In this document: one piece after another, positions 1-12,115 of the stretch | Layout of the letters: every line of letters begins with the position of its first letter | How positions within the stretch are numbered: position 1 is the stretch's first letter | Assembly: GCA_047967505.1 (NCBI GenBank) | Contig: CM106538.1 | DNA length: 64,000 nucleotides | Strand: one strand, 5' to 3' | Origin: Dipteris shenzhenensis | Lineage: Eukaryota | Position numbers and translations under genes: made by a program | The notes under the pieces: generated by a model | What the model was told of the DNA's origin: nothing | What the model saw: only the letters and a program-made list of their open reading frames with translations | Databases searched by the model: none

Positions 1-985
1 AACATATGGGTCACCTAGCCAGAGATTTCCTCCGTGGCCATGGACGAGCGCCTCCCCCCCACCCCCGCAGAGTAGGTAGAGTCAGCAGACCAGAGTCCAG
101 CACCCCCTCAGATAGGAGCAGCAAGAGTCTCAGACCCCCTGAGTGACTCACTCAGAAGGGGATTGGACCTAGGCTAAAATGAAAAAGAAACCAAGTAAAC
201 AAGCTCGCAAGCACCGCAGGCAAAGGGCCAAAAGTAGAGAGAGAGAGACAGGGTTGTCTGCGAGGCACCTGAGGAGGAGCAATAGCAGCAATAGCAGGAG
301 CCCTCACGTGAAGATCCACCTCCCCCAGCGGAAGGGGAGGTTATGATCTCTCAAAAGAGATGCCGATATCTGGCTCTCCAAAAGTGGAGGGTACAAAATC
401 ATCATCTGGGAGGTTAGAGAGGTCCTCCAGAGCAGAAAAGGAGTTCCACTCAGCCAGTCCTGGGGAGGGGGTACGAAGGATTCCTACCGAAGCAGGATAA
501 GAATGTAAGACCCCCTTCCCTCTGTCCAAAGAGGGAGGCACCTGTACTGGATCCTGATCAAAAAGTGCTGCGGACGAGGTGCCAACAACCTGGGCTGCTG
601 AGTAAGGTAAAGCCTGATCCAAGGGTGGAGTCGAACAAGGCTCCTGAACACTGGTCTCCTCCCAAGGCTCCAAGGGGGTAGCCTCCGAAGAGGTGGATGT
701 GTGAACTGAAGTAGAGGGCCTAACCGCAACCGGAACCCACCGTGGGCCAAAGGTGGTGCGGGATGTAGAAGGGACTCGAGTAGCCTTAGGAGGGGGGGGA
801 GCCCGTGTCGAAGGCCGTGCCTGTGGAGCGATAGGTCTTGCTCCTGCTCTCTATCGTAAGCTAGTACGAGCTGGTTGCTTTCTGGGCCTCTTTTTCTTCT
901 TTGGGCAATCTTTGGCGAAGTGCCCTGAGGATCTGCAAATCCTGCATTGGTCCCGCTGACTTCTCTCTCTCACCTATGGACTTTC
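1..985 (-). pseudogene. L1 ORF1 fragment (zinc knuckle, Pro/Ser linker, C-terminal domain); inverted 5' part of the L1 that continues on + strand
   Basis: Minus strand at about 890-960 reads QRDQCRICRSSGHFAKDCPKKKK (CX2CX4HX4C). ORF 341-673 has GILRTP..NSFSALED, matching GLLRTP..NSFSALAD at about 38730-38790. GAGLWSADS lies near 75-105. Breakpoint approximate. Confidence 0.75.
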
Positions 986-1838
986 CTCCCCTTGGACCTT
1001 GTGTGTATGGCAGGAGGTCACAGCTCCGGTAGAGGTTTCTTTTTCCGCCACCAGGTCGGGTAATGTATTCCAACCCACTTCCTCCCGCTGATGAGGATAG
1101 CCAGTTGGAATATATAGGGATTGGGCGGCATCCCTCATCGCCATCGCAGACAACTGATCAGGAATCAGCTCCATCCAAGTGTTTCAGGTGGTTCCCTAGA
1201 CGTTTTTTTTCTTTAGGAACACAAACTGGATGTCAGAGATTGCTCCAAGTCAGGTAAGCTGCTCTCAGGCCAGACTTTTTGGCTTCTTGCCTTAGGAACC
1301 AGAGGAGGTACATGCATTTCAGTTTCAGATTCTATTCTCCCTTTGGTCATTGGACACAGTACCATAACCCCCTCCAGGGCCCAGTGGGTTTGTAAGGTTG
1401 GTTTCCTCAACCTCTATGCTCTGAACAACAGAGGGGACTTTTTTTTTTTTGGGAAAGTGTTGCTCTCGTGGGCCGACGTTGCGGATTTGTGGATTATTGG
1501 AGGTGGCTTCAACATGGTTGAGGCACCTTTTGATAAGAAAGGGGGCAGAGAAGGTGGTATCCACTCCCTCGAGAGAGCAGCCTGGGATGCCTTCTTGTTC
1601 AGGTTCAATGGCAGAGATGTTTGGTCAGATGATGCATTTCATATTTAGTCTCAGTCACTTTTGTTTTCCTGGTTGAACCATAGGGTGCAGATGCCTATCC
1701 ATGCTCGGATTGATAGATTCTATGTGGGTGACTGGGCTCTTGATAGAGGGGGGACAGTTTGCATTGCTTTTGGTGTTTCCACTTCAGACCATTATCCGGT
1801 AGTTTTGTCCATCTCAGAGCCTCATCTGAGAGGACAAT

Positions 1839-2310
1839 TGTTACGCTCAAGTCGAGGTAACATGACCTCGGAAGGGTCAGTCGGCATTTTCCTTTAAAGG
1901 ATCAATGTTTGTATCATATTTGTTTGGGCTTCATGTAAAAGATCAAAAAGGAATAAAGGTCAAGGTCCTTGGTGTGGGTGACATGGCACTAGACTAGGTG
2001 GATCTAAGGATAAGGGACCTAAATGCATGAAATGTGCCTAGGAGCAAATGTTTTAAAGATATCCCAAGAGAGGGGTAAATGATGCATTAAAGAAGGACCC
2101 TAAATTGAGGACATGTGGCATACTAGATCCATCTAGGGAGTTTGGGGATCGTTGGAATTAAGTAAGCATAAAGCTTTCACGAAAAAGTGAGTCCTTTTGG
2201 GATTTACAGCAGAGAAACTTGCAACCAACGAGGTTGGCTAGGAGGATAAACTAAGTGCATGTGCTCGTGATTCAACGAAAAGCTGGAAGAAATCAGATTG
2301 TGATGTATCA
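1839..2310 (+). repeat. 5' LTR (472 bp)
   Basis: TGTTACGCTCAAG...GATGTATCA; direct repeat of 7848-8320 with about 18 substitutions and 1 indel by manual count. Confidence 0.97.
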
Positions 2311-2312
2311 TT

Positions 2313-2324
2313 TGGTATCAGAGC
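2313..2324 (+). promoter_or_regulatory. Primer binding site, initiator tRNA-Met type
   Basis: TGGTATCAGAGC, 2 nt after the LTR end. Confidence 0.95.
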
Positions 2325-3177
2325 GCAGGTTATATTGGGCGTTTGACGATAGACAGTACGGAGCCCAAACTCTACGTAGATAGTAATTTGGGGGTTCGTA
2401 AGTCTGGGTAGCGTGGATAAACATCGCACGACGAGGGCTATTGGGTGGTCATGGAATTAGTTGCTATAGGTGATGGCGCAACTGTGGGTTCACGCACGTT
2501 ATCGTAGTGCTGGTCACGGCACTAGCTGTCGCAAGAGGGTACGGTTCACGTAAGCTGGTGACGATACAGCTAAACCGTAGGTTCATATCTTGGTATCTCG
2601 GAAGGCAGACGTGATGCAATTTTTGGACACCCGCTGGTTTACAGCTAGCTTAGGGCCAGGGAACTTTGGCTCTTGATACTTGCGTGACATGGAGGTCCTT
2701 CAACGTGATAATCGATGCTGGGTGAAAGACCTGCGGACGTGATAAACAATGACGTTTTTTTCTTTGTTGGCAATAGATCGTTAATGTTGGGGCTGCGTGG
2801 GAAAATTCGATCGATAGAGGACCCGTTGATTAAGGTCGTTGGACCTTGAGGTCTTTGGCCAAAATCAGTTATGCAGGTTAATGATTTGAAGTGGACTACC
2901 GGGACTGGTTGATCTCTTCAGGCAGCAAGAATTATAACCAGGGAGCTTTCTATGCCTTCTAAGTTTTGCGGGAGTATTTGCTTGTTTATTTGTCTCCGTG
3001 TTTGAGTTAATTTGGGTTGCAGGAGCTTCCCTAGTATAGGGAAAAGTGGTTTTAGTTACAGTGTGATATATACTTGGTTAGCTGTAGAATTGGAAGTTGG
3101 ACTTTCGATTTGTAATTACAGTTTCAAGCAGTATTTAATAATTTAAAAAAAAACCACACACAACCCCATTGACCTAA

Positions 3178-6100
3178 ATGGAAGAAGAAGAAGAAGCTTC
3201 CAGGATGGATCCCGTAGAGTCGGGAGTCCGGCCGACCCCGCAGGTGTCGCGCCCAGCAGGTCATACATTGTCTGGCAGAATTGCAATGTTAGAGGATGCC
3301 TTGCAACAAATTTTAGCGTAGCAATTACAAACAAATGTAGGGCAGTTTGAGCTTAGGAGAATGGTGCATAGTATGTCTGCCAGACCATCTCGTGAGGAGA
3401 AAGGTAAATCTCCGATGGGACCGGAGTCCAGTGTTTGTACGGTCGAGCCTAGGAGGGCTAAGGTGCCTAATATTGCCAATTATAGGCCAGAAAAGTATTC
3501 TGGTTGGATGTCTGACCATAGTTCCGATATCATTGACACCTGGTTACACAAATGGGACGAGGCATTCACCATTTGTGAAATCAGGAATGATATGAAGAAA
3601 ATCCGCGAGGCCACCCATATGTTTAATGAGGCAGCGGATAGGTGGTGGATAAAACAGCAGAAAGATGGAGTAGCATCCACTACCTGGGAGGGGTTTAAAA
3701 ACGAATTTAGAAAACACTTCCTACCTCCTAACGAAGCATCCCGATGTATCGAAACCTTCGTCAGAGAAATTTATTAGTGGCAGAATACACTGATAAGTTT
3801 AGAGAAAGTGTAATGAAGGTTGATGAACCCCTACCTCAATCAATCCAAGTAAAAGATTTTATCTTTGGATTGAATGATCGGATAAAGATGAAAGTTCGGG
3901 CTAAGTATGCAAACACGCTAGATGAAGCGATTGCCATAGCCCTGAACTATGAGGATGCAAAAGGGAACAGACCAAGTGGGTTTGTGTAGGTTGGGACTTA
4001 GTATGGGTACCCGAAGAAAACTGGGTTTAAGAAGAAGTGAATTAGCAAAGGGGGTGTCTCACAGCCTAGTGGTCAAGCCAAGCAGGCGAAACCAGTTGAG
4101 ACTCCTAAATCAAGTACCACCATTGGAATGAAAAGAAAAGTAACACCAATGGCAGCCCGGGCTTGGCCGAAGTCCTCTTTGAACCCAGAGCAAAGGGAAA
4201 AAGCGAGGAGAGAAGGCTTGTGTTTTGGTTGCCTTTAGCCTCATTAGTGGAAAGATTGTCCATGGAACAAAGATTGTCGGATGGCTGAGATGATGGTCTC
4301 AGAATGCAACATGGAAATGGAGGGAAGTCCCAGAGCAGAACAGATGCAGATTTAGCTAGCGGGATCTTCTCAAAGGTGAGTACCTTTTTTGTTACGTGTG
4401 TCTGTTGCTAAGTTAGTAACTAGTGCACCTGATAATATCCTGTCAAAGCCCGCAGCAACGGGGTATATAGCCTTTAATGATACGGAGTTAATTAAGATGA
4501 AAGGGCAAGTTGCAGGTCAAACAGCGTCAACGCACAATGTAATTAACTCCAAGCTCGTAAAGAGGCTGAAACTAAAAACTAGCCCATCTGACTATGCATA
4601 TACAGTCAGGATGGCAGACGGAAGTTCAATTGAAGTATGGGACCAAAGGGTTACCCAGTTGGAGCTTCGAATTCAGGACTGTGCTGAGAAGCTTGACTTT
4701 GAAATGACTAAGCTTGCTCATGCAGACATAGCCCTGGGTAAGGCTTGGCATTCTAGGAAGAATCCAGCCATAGATTGGAAAAAGCACATTTATCAATTCA
4801 AGATGAATGATGTGTTGTATGTCTTACGAGGTGAAAGGGATACACCTCAAGGACCGTTGGTTTCCGTGATGGAAATTCAAAAAGCTCAAGAAGAGTTTTT
4901 GTTTCTTTGTACATCATCTGTAGAGCCGATTGACGATTCTTCGACTAGCACTAATGTTGTCCAACATGGAGAGATGGCCAAGTTGGCTGATCAAATAACA
5001 GAGGAGTTCTCTGATTGTTTTAGGGATGAGCTACCTTATGGGTTACCTCCAGAGTAGAATGTTCAGCATAAGATTGAACTAATCCCGAGGGCAGAACCTG
5101 TAAATAGACCTCCCTATAGGTTGAGTTTTACTGAAGAGGCGGAGGTGCGAAGACAATTGGAAGAATACCTCAAGTTGGGGCAGATTCAACCAAGTTTTTC
5201 ACCTTTTGCTTCGCGAGTGATATTAAAGAAGAAGAATGATGATATTTTTCGTCTCTGTATAGATTATAGAGCATTGAATAATATCACTATTAAGCACAGG
5301 TATCTGATGGCTCAGATCGATGATTTGCTAGATGCATTACATGGGGCCGTAATTTTCAGTAAGATAGATCTTAAGTGTGGCTACCATCAGATCCGTATTA
5401 GAGCTGAGGATGTGCATAAAACCGCTTTTAGAAGCAGGTTTGGACATTATGAGTTTTTGGTAATGCCCTTTGGACTTACCAATACTCTAGCTACATTCGT
5501 CATGCTTATGAACGATTTACTACGTCCGTATATCGGAAAGTTTGTAGTATACTTTATTGACGATATTCTGGTATTCTGTAAGAGTATTACTGAGCATTAT
5601 GAACACTTAAGAATAGTGTTCAATACTTTGAGGAAAGCCAGTCTCTATGTAAATAAAAAGAAAACTACACTGTGTATGGTAAGACTTGAATATTTAGGAT
5701 TCATAATTACTCCTGAGGGGGTAGAAATGGATCCAAAGAAAGTGGCTGCGATACTGACTTGGCCAATCCCTCAGAGTTTGACCGCTCTGCGATCATTCCT
5801 GGGATTTGTCCAATTTTATCGAAGGCATATTAAAGGATATTCCGAAATAGTATAGCCATTGACTGATTTAACCTCAGATAAAGTATCTTTTATATGGGGA
5901 CAAAATCAACAGGAAAGTTTTAACAACATAAAACAAGATGTGGTCTCAGGACCGGTGTTAAAAATAGTTGATCCGCAGAAACCGTTTTTTCTTGAAACCG
6001 ATGCAAGTGGCATTGCGGTAGGAGCAGTTCTCCTCCAAGAGGAAAGGCCAGTAGCCTTTGAAAGCAAGAAGCTTTCTCCCTCTCAACGAAATTGGCCAAC

Positions 6101-7835
6101 ACATGAATTAGAGTTGTATGCTGTTGTCCATGCTTTGAAAACATGGAGACATTATTTGTATGGATCAGAGTTTTATGTGGATGTTGATCATGATACTCTA
6201 AAACATTTTTGTAAACAACCTGACTTGAGAGGCCGCCAAGCTAGGTGGTCAGAACTCATGCAGAGTTTAACTTGACGATTCGGTACCGAAGAAGGAAGGA
6301 TAATAAAATTGCTGATGCGTTGTCACTCATTATGCATAACATGAGTTTCACGGTGTTAGAGAGTGCTCTAATGACCGAGATAAGAGAAACTCAAAAGGTG
6401 GACGAGTTCATCCAGAGCCTTTGGCCTAAGGCTCATGTGTTCAAACCCGGGGAAAAGGATGACCTGGCATCCAAAAAAGGCCAAACTTATGCAAGATATA
6501 CCATAAGGGATGGTATGCTGAAAAGAAATGGCAAGGTAGTAGTACCTAATTAGAATGATCTCAGGCAGAGAGTCATTCAACAATGCCATGATAGCCCATG
6601 TGCAGGACATCCAGGAGTCGAGAAGACATATGATCTCGTGAAGCGAGATTTCTTTTGGCCAAAGATGAAAAAGCATATTCATGAATATGTGACACGTTGT
6701 TTTTCATTTCAGGTAAGTAAGGCAGAACGGGTGAAGCCACCCGGATTTTTACAGCCCTTGGAGATACCACTAGGTAAGTGGGAGAGTATTTCCATGGACT
6801 TTATTGTAGGACTGCCTACGACACAAGGTGGATATGATTCTATCCTTGTGGTGGTTGATCATCTTACCAAGATGGCTCACTTCATTCCAACTAGAGAGTC
6901 TGTTAGTGCCCCGCAAGTGGCGGATTTGTTTATTAGACATATATTTCGTTTGCATGGATTACCCAAATCCATAGTGTTAGACAGAGATGTCAAATTTACC
7001 GGTCATTTTTGGACTGCGGTATTTGAGACACTAAGGACTGAGTTGGGAATGAGTAGTGGGGATCATCCAGAAACGGATGGTCAGACGGAAAGAATCAACC
7101 AAATTTTAGAGGATATGCTTAGAGCATATGTGTCATTGAGGCAACATACATGGGACAAGTGGTTGCCATTGTTACAGTTTGCCTACAATGATAGAAAACA
7201 TTCCTCTACAGGGTTCAGTCCGTTTGAGCTGAACTATGGTTATAGGCCAGCGAACCCAACTATAGTTGGAGTACCTCAGAAAGTGCCTAGAGCGGCAAAC
7301 TTTGTGGTTTAGATGTGGGAGATGCTAGCACTTGCGAGAGCTAACATCCGCCAAGCTATGGATAGAGCTAAGGCGTATGCAGATAAAAACCGATCCGCTA
7401 GAGAATTTAAGGAATGAGAAAAAGTTTTTCTCAGAGTTCCTTTGCACTCTAAGTCTTTGATTATAGGAGAGTGTGCTAAGTTATCACCTCGATATTGTGG
7501 GCCATGGTTAATTCTAAAAAGAATAGGCAAGGTAGCCTATAAATTAGAATTGCCACAGGGTTGTAAGGTGCACCCAGTGTTTCATGTTTCTCGTTTAAAG
7601 ACATATAGGTGACTCACTAATCGAGGGTGTTGTTTTGTTTCAGGAGATAGAGGATAATGCAAGACGCAAACCAACAAGAATCCTGGACCGAGGAACAATG
7701 CAAGTGCGCAATCAAAAGATACCCATGGTGTTGGTTGCATGGCATGATCTACCTCTATCAGAAGCTACCTGGGAATCCGTATACCAGTTACGGAGAGTAT
7801 TCCCAGACTTTATCATCGAGGACGCTGATGTCTGA
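3178..7835 (+). pseudogene. gag-pol polyprotein with C-terminal chromodomain, disrupted
   Basis: ATG 3178 is in frame with ORF 3361. Gag: A..WW...TWEGFKNEF. Protease region lacks the DSG motif (GQTASTHN). RT: LCIDYRALN, MPFGLTN, FIDDIL. RNase H: ETDAS, ELELYA. Integrase: H-H-C region, SISMDFI, HPETDGQTER, GPY/F-like. Chromodomain: VLVAWHDLPLSEATWE. Confidence 0.95.
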
Positions 7836-7847
7836 AGAGGGAAGGAA
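7834..7847 (+). promoter_or_regulatory. Polypurine tract
   Basis: GAAGAGGGAAGGAA directly before the 3' LTR TG. Confidence 0.9.
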
Positions 7848-8320
7848 TGTTACGCTCAAGTTGAGGTAACATGACCTCGGATGAGTCAGTTGGCATTTTC
7901 CTTTAAAGGATCAATGTTTGTATTATATTTGTTTGGGCTTCATGTAAAAGATAAAAAAGGAATAAAGGTCAAGGTCCTTGGTGTGGGTGACATGGCACTA
8001 GACTAGGTGGATCTAAGGCTAAGGGACCTAAATGCATGAAATGTGCCTAGGGGCAAATGTTTTAAAGATATCCCAAGAGAGGAGTAAATGATGCATTAAA
8101 GAAGGACCCTAAATTGAGGACATGTGGCATACTAGATCCATCTAGGGAGTTTGGGGCTCGTTGGAATTAAGTAAGCAGAGAGCTTTCACGAAAAAGTGAG
8201 ATCCTTTTGGGATTTACAGCAGAGAAGCTTGCAACCAACGAGGGTGGCTGGGAGGATAAACTAAGTGCCTGTGCCCGTGATTCAACGAAAAGCTGAAAGA
8301 AATCAGATTGTGATGTATCA
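7848..8320 (+). repeat. 3' LTR (473 bp)
   Basis: Direct repeat of 1839-2310 with TG...CA ends. Confidence 0.97.
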
Positions 8321-11300
8321 ACGGTCTCACAGTATCAGGATCCCCGATGCCTTATACACGGATGAGACTCTCACAGAGGCAGTGTTGGAGATCTTGGTTT
8401 CTCACGTGTAGGGGGGGTGGCTGGTCCTTCACATATGGCCACAGCACTTGCCAGTATCAGAAACTTTTATCACTCTGTTGCTAGTGCTCGGCGTGGTGAG
8501 GTACCCAGGCGGGAGATTGGTATTAGCCGGCAGTTGGCAGCCTTACAGAGGAAGGAGCAGAGACGATCATCAGATGCTTGGATACAGGAGCGCCTTGCTG
8601 CGGCAAGGGCTCACTTGCAGACTTTGCTTGATCAGAGAGCAAAGTATGCCTTCCATGCACGAGAGTCCTTTTGGATACAGATGGGAGGGAGAGTCAATAA
8701 ACACTTTTTCTCTACACTTGGTCCCAGACATAGTAGAGAGAGTGTCAGGCAGCTTATTGACTCTGACGGCGTTTTGCAGTCCCATCCGGAGACCATCATG
8801 CACTTAGCGATAGCTTTCTATGCCTCCCTACTTTCTGCAGATCGTAACACACAGGTCAGAGATGTGGCTAGAGATGAAGTTTGGCAGAGTTTACCTGTGT
8901 TGGTCACTTCAGAGATGTTATGCTCACTTGATGCATGCTTTACCAACACAGAATTCAAGACTGCTCTCTCCGCCCTTCATAAGGGCAAATGCCGTGGTTT
9001 CGATGGTCTTACTCCTTTTTTAATAGCCTTTTGGGATATGATAGGTGATCATATTACTTCAGCCCTGCGGGGCATTTGGGACTCGGGTGAGATGCCTGAC
9101 TCACTGACCGAGGGACTCATTCAGCTTATTCCGAAAGGTGGCAACATGAATTTTGTATCCCATTGGAGACCCATCACTCTTTACAAAATCCTTGCCAAGG
9201 CGATCAGCATCCGATTACAACCCCTTGTTCCAGACCTCATCCATGATACTCAGACAGGCCTTGTGCATGGCAGGAGCATTTTTTATAATATCTTTTCCTT
9301 TTGGGAAGCCACAGAGTGGGATATGCAGAGCGGGCAGAGGCTGGCAGTTCTACCCCTGGACTTCGAGAAAGCCTATGACAGAGTAGATTGGGGTTTTCTT
9401 GAGGCACTCTTCTACGGTTTGGATTTTCAGATGCTTGGATTAGAGGGGTGGCCTCCCTTTACAGATCAGCAGGTTTTGATTGGAGAGGTAAGGGGTGACA
9501 GGTTTCAGATTTCGTCAAGGATGGCCTTTAGCCCCCTTCCTCTTTCTTTTTGTGACAGAAGCTATGAGTATCTTCCTTAGATCTCAGGCTGAGCTTTTTG
9601 GGTTGAGATTGCCCTTGAGACAGGAGCAGGAGCTTCTTGAACTGTGAGTTGGCTGATGACATTGCTATTTTTATCGAGGCCTCTTCGCAGTCACTTGATT
9701 CTTTCCGGACAGCCTTGGATATTTTTTGCTCAGCTACAGGGGCACACATTAACTGGCATAAATCCTTTGGCTTTTGGATTAGTGATGAGGACACTCCAGG
9801 CTGGGGAGTTGACATTGGCTTTTCATGGATTTAGAGGGGTGTTCCTATCAGGTATTTGGGATGCCAGGTAGGATTGGGCATCTCTCCAGCACAACAGTTT
9901 GGCCCAGTACTAGAAAGTATAAGGAAAAAGCTCCTTTTTTGGAGCTCTGCCAAACTCGACCTTGCATCTAGAGTTGTGGTAGTGAACCAGGTTCTCTTGG
10001 CCACCGCGTGGTTTGTGTGTTGTTGCTGGTGCCGGTCTAGGATTGCATCACTCATCTTATTAGACCAGTCAGGAATTTTTTATGGAGTGGACTTGATGGC
10101 ACAGCAGATGTTGCAGCGAGGGTGGCCTAGGAGACCATTATTCTCCCTACATGTGAAGGGGGCCTTAATATCATTGACTCGGACTTGCAATGCAGGGCAT
10201 TGCTTTGTAAGGTGGTGGTGAGGGGACTCATGCCTGGGCAGGAACCTTGGAAGGATTTCTTTTTTGGACGCATTCTGGCTTGCACACCAACCTTGGGAGA
10301 TGATTGGGTGGACAGCCCTAGCTGGATTTTTACTTCCGCCCCTCTCAGATTTCCTGCCTCTCCTCTCATGACTGCCATCCTGAAAGCTTGGGGGGGCTTC
10401 ATGAACACTCTTCGAAGGATTCCACCTTCTACCGTTGAAGAGATTGATAGGCAGCCGATCATTTGGAATGATAGTATACTTGACGAGCATGCCAGACCAC
10501 TGGGCACTTCCCATTACATGCAGTGGTCTAAATGGGAGAGAGGCCCCGTCTACACAGTAGGCACTTGGAAGGCTTTTATCAGGCTACGTGAGGATCAGAG
10601 ACTGTAGTCCGTGAGTCACCTCAAAGGGGTAGCATGCAGGATTCAGCAGATAGATGTTGCCATCCCAATGGAATGGACAGTTGAGTTGCCTATTACTTCC
10701 ACCACTTGGATGGGAGCTTTTTCGAGGACAGCAGTTCCTTTACAGGTGATCACTCTTCGAGGTCTCGGGGAAGATGCACTGGTCTTTGACGTTGGGCATG
10801 GAGGTATACTCTCTACATCCAAGGATGATATTCTTCTAGAGGTTGCCTTTTAGCTTGTCAGGATTGCTGGTTTTGTGGACCATGGAGCGGGCTTGTAGTG
10901 GTACTTAGACCTCGACCCTCTGCTCTTGGCCTTGGAATTCTGGAGGTTGTGGTTATATGGAGGCGCACCTATCAGGTGCTTGGAGTGGGACCCAGGAGAG
11001 TGGGAGTGAATAGATCATGGGCACCGAGAGAGGGGGATTCCCTTCTTTCGTTTCACGGTTGGTAATGCCAGGAGATTTCAGCTGAACAGTAGGGGTTGGA
11101 TTCCCTCCAGAGCCCCCCATTGGGAAAGCTTCTTCATCACCGCAGATTTGCATAGAAATTTCTGGAGGAGGCTCTGGAAATCCCTCAGAAATAGAAAGAT
11201 CACTCTTTTCTTTTGGCTTTCTATTCATGGAGGGATTGCAGTGAACCTGTGGAGATCACGATTTGGGGCTGATCCCACTTGTCCTCGCTGTCATTCTGCA

Positions 11301-11953
11301 GAGGAGTCAGTGTGACATTGCCTTTGGAACTGCAGTCAGGCGAGGATTGTTTGGAAAGGGGTTGCTCGAATACTCAGCATCTTTCATACTTCCCCTTTTT
11401 TCATGGCTTGGGGCTCGGTCGCATGGTTATCCCTTACTAGGCCCCAAGTGTTTTATGAGGGTGAGCCTTCTTCTTAGGCACTCTCGGTCTGTCGGCAGGT
11501 GATAGAGCCCTGCTCTCTTCAAGATGTACCACTTACTCCCTTCAGAGCTTCTCATGCTTCAGTGGACACCTCTTGGGAGATTTTGGCTAGCATTTCCTCT
11601 TGGCACATTTGGAGAGCCAGATGTACAGAGGCCTTGGATGGCACCCAGATACACCCATCACAGGTGTTCACGGGTATTTGGACTGACATGGTTCACACTT
11701 TGATAGCCATATGGGCTAGCATGGAGGGCCCTTCACGAGCAGACTCTTCTAGAAGGACTATATTTCTTCGAGTTTGGAGGGGTTCTCCCTTTTTCTCGGA
11801 GGTTTCTACCGGATTGAGATGGCACTATCAGCCTCAATCCTTTCTTTTTGGCTCTTGAGCTTTTCATGCATTGCATGATGTATCCCGTATGGAGCTTGCT
11901 CTAACGGTTTTCTTTAATACTTAATAGAAGTCTCTTTTTGCAAAAAAAAAAAA

Positions 11954-12115
11954 GAATTGGGTGCATAAAGGTTTAAGAGACCAACCTTATGCCCATCAAT
12001 CAAAAGTATAATCCACTGAGCTCTGGAAGAGACTATGATCCCGTGTCCAATCGCCAAGGGGAGTATAGAAGAAGAAACAGAAATGCAAGTACCTCCCCTG
12101 GTGCCCAAGGCAATG
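11954..12115 (-). pseudogene. L1 family A endonuclease fragment (probable insertion target of copy A1)
   Basis: GTRGGTCISV...HKVGLLNLYAPN, cut off exactly at the A1 poly(A). Confidence 0.8.

Larger units (their letters stand above)
1839..8320 (+). mobile_element. Ty3/gypsy chromovirus LTR retrotransposon, full length, decayed
   Basis: Paired TG...CA LTRs, PBS, PPT, gag-PR-RT-RH-INT-chromodomain order, decayed 5-bp TSD ACAAT (1834-1838) / ACGGT (8321-8325). Confidence 0.97.
1091..11858 (+). pseudogene. L1 ORF2 (APE endonuclease, reverse transcriptase, zf-RVT-like C-terminus), many stops and frameshifts, split by the 1839-8320 insertion
   Basis: ORF pieces 1343, 1661, 8417, 9637, 9856, 10185, 10611 and 11499 are collinear with the intact ORF2 at 44828-49219. 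Confidence 0.9.
990..11953 (+). mobile_element. L1-clade LINE (family A, copy A1), decayed, interrupted by a gypsy element
   Basis: End of ORF1, then ORF2 from ATG 1091 (MRIASWNI*G...LDVFFL*EHKL), EN motifs NLYA, IIGG.FN, RIDRF, SDH. Resumes after 8320 with RT (DFEKAYDRVDW, ELADD) and a C-terminal WHYQPQSFLF. 3' UTR and poly(A) at 11942-11953. Confidence 0.92.
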
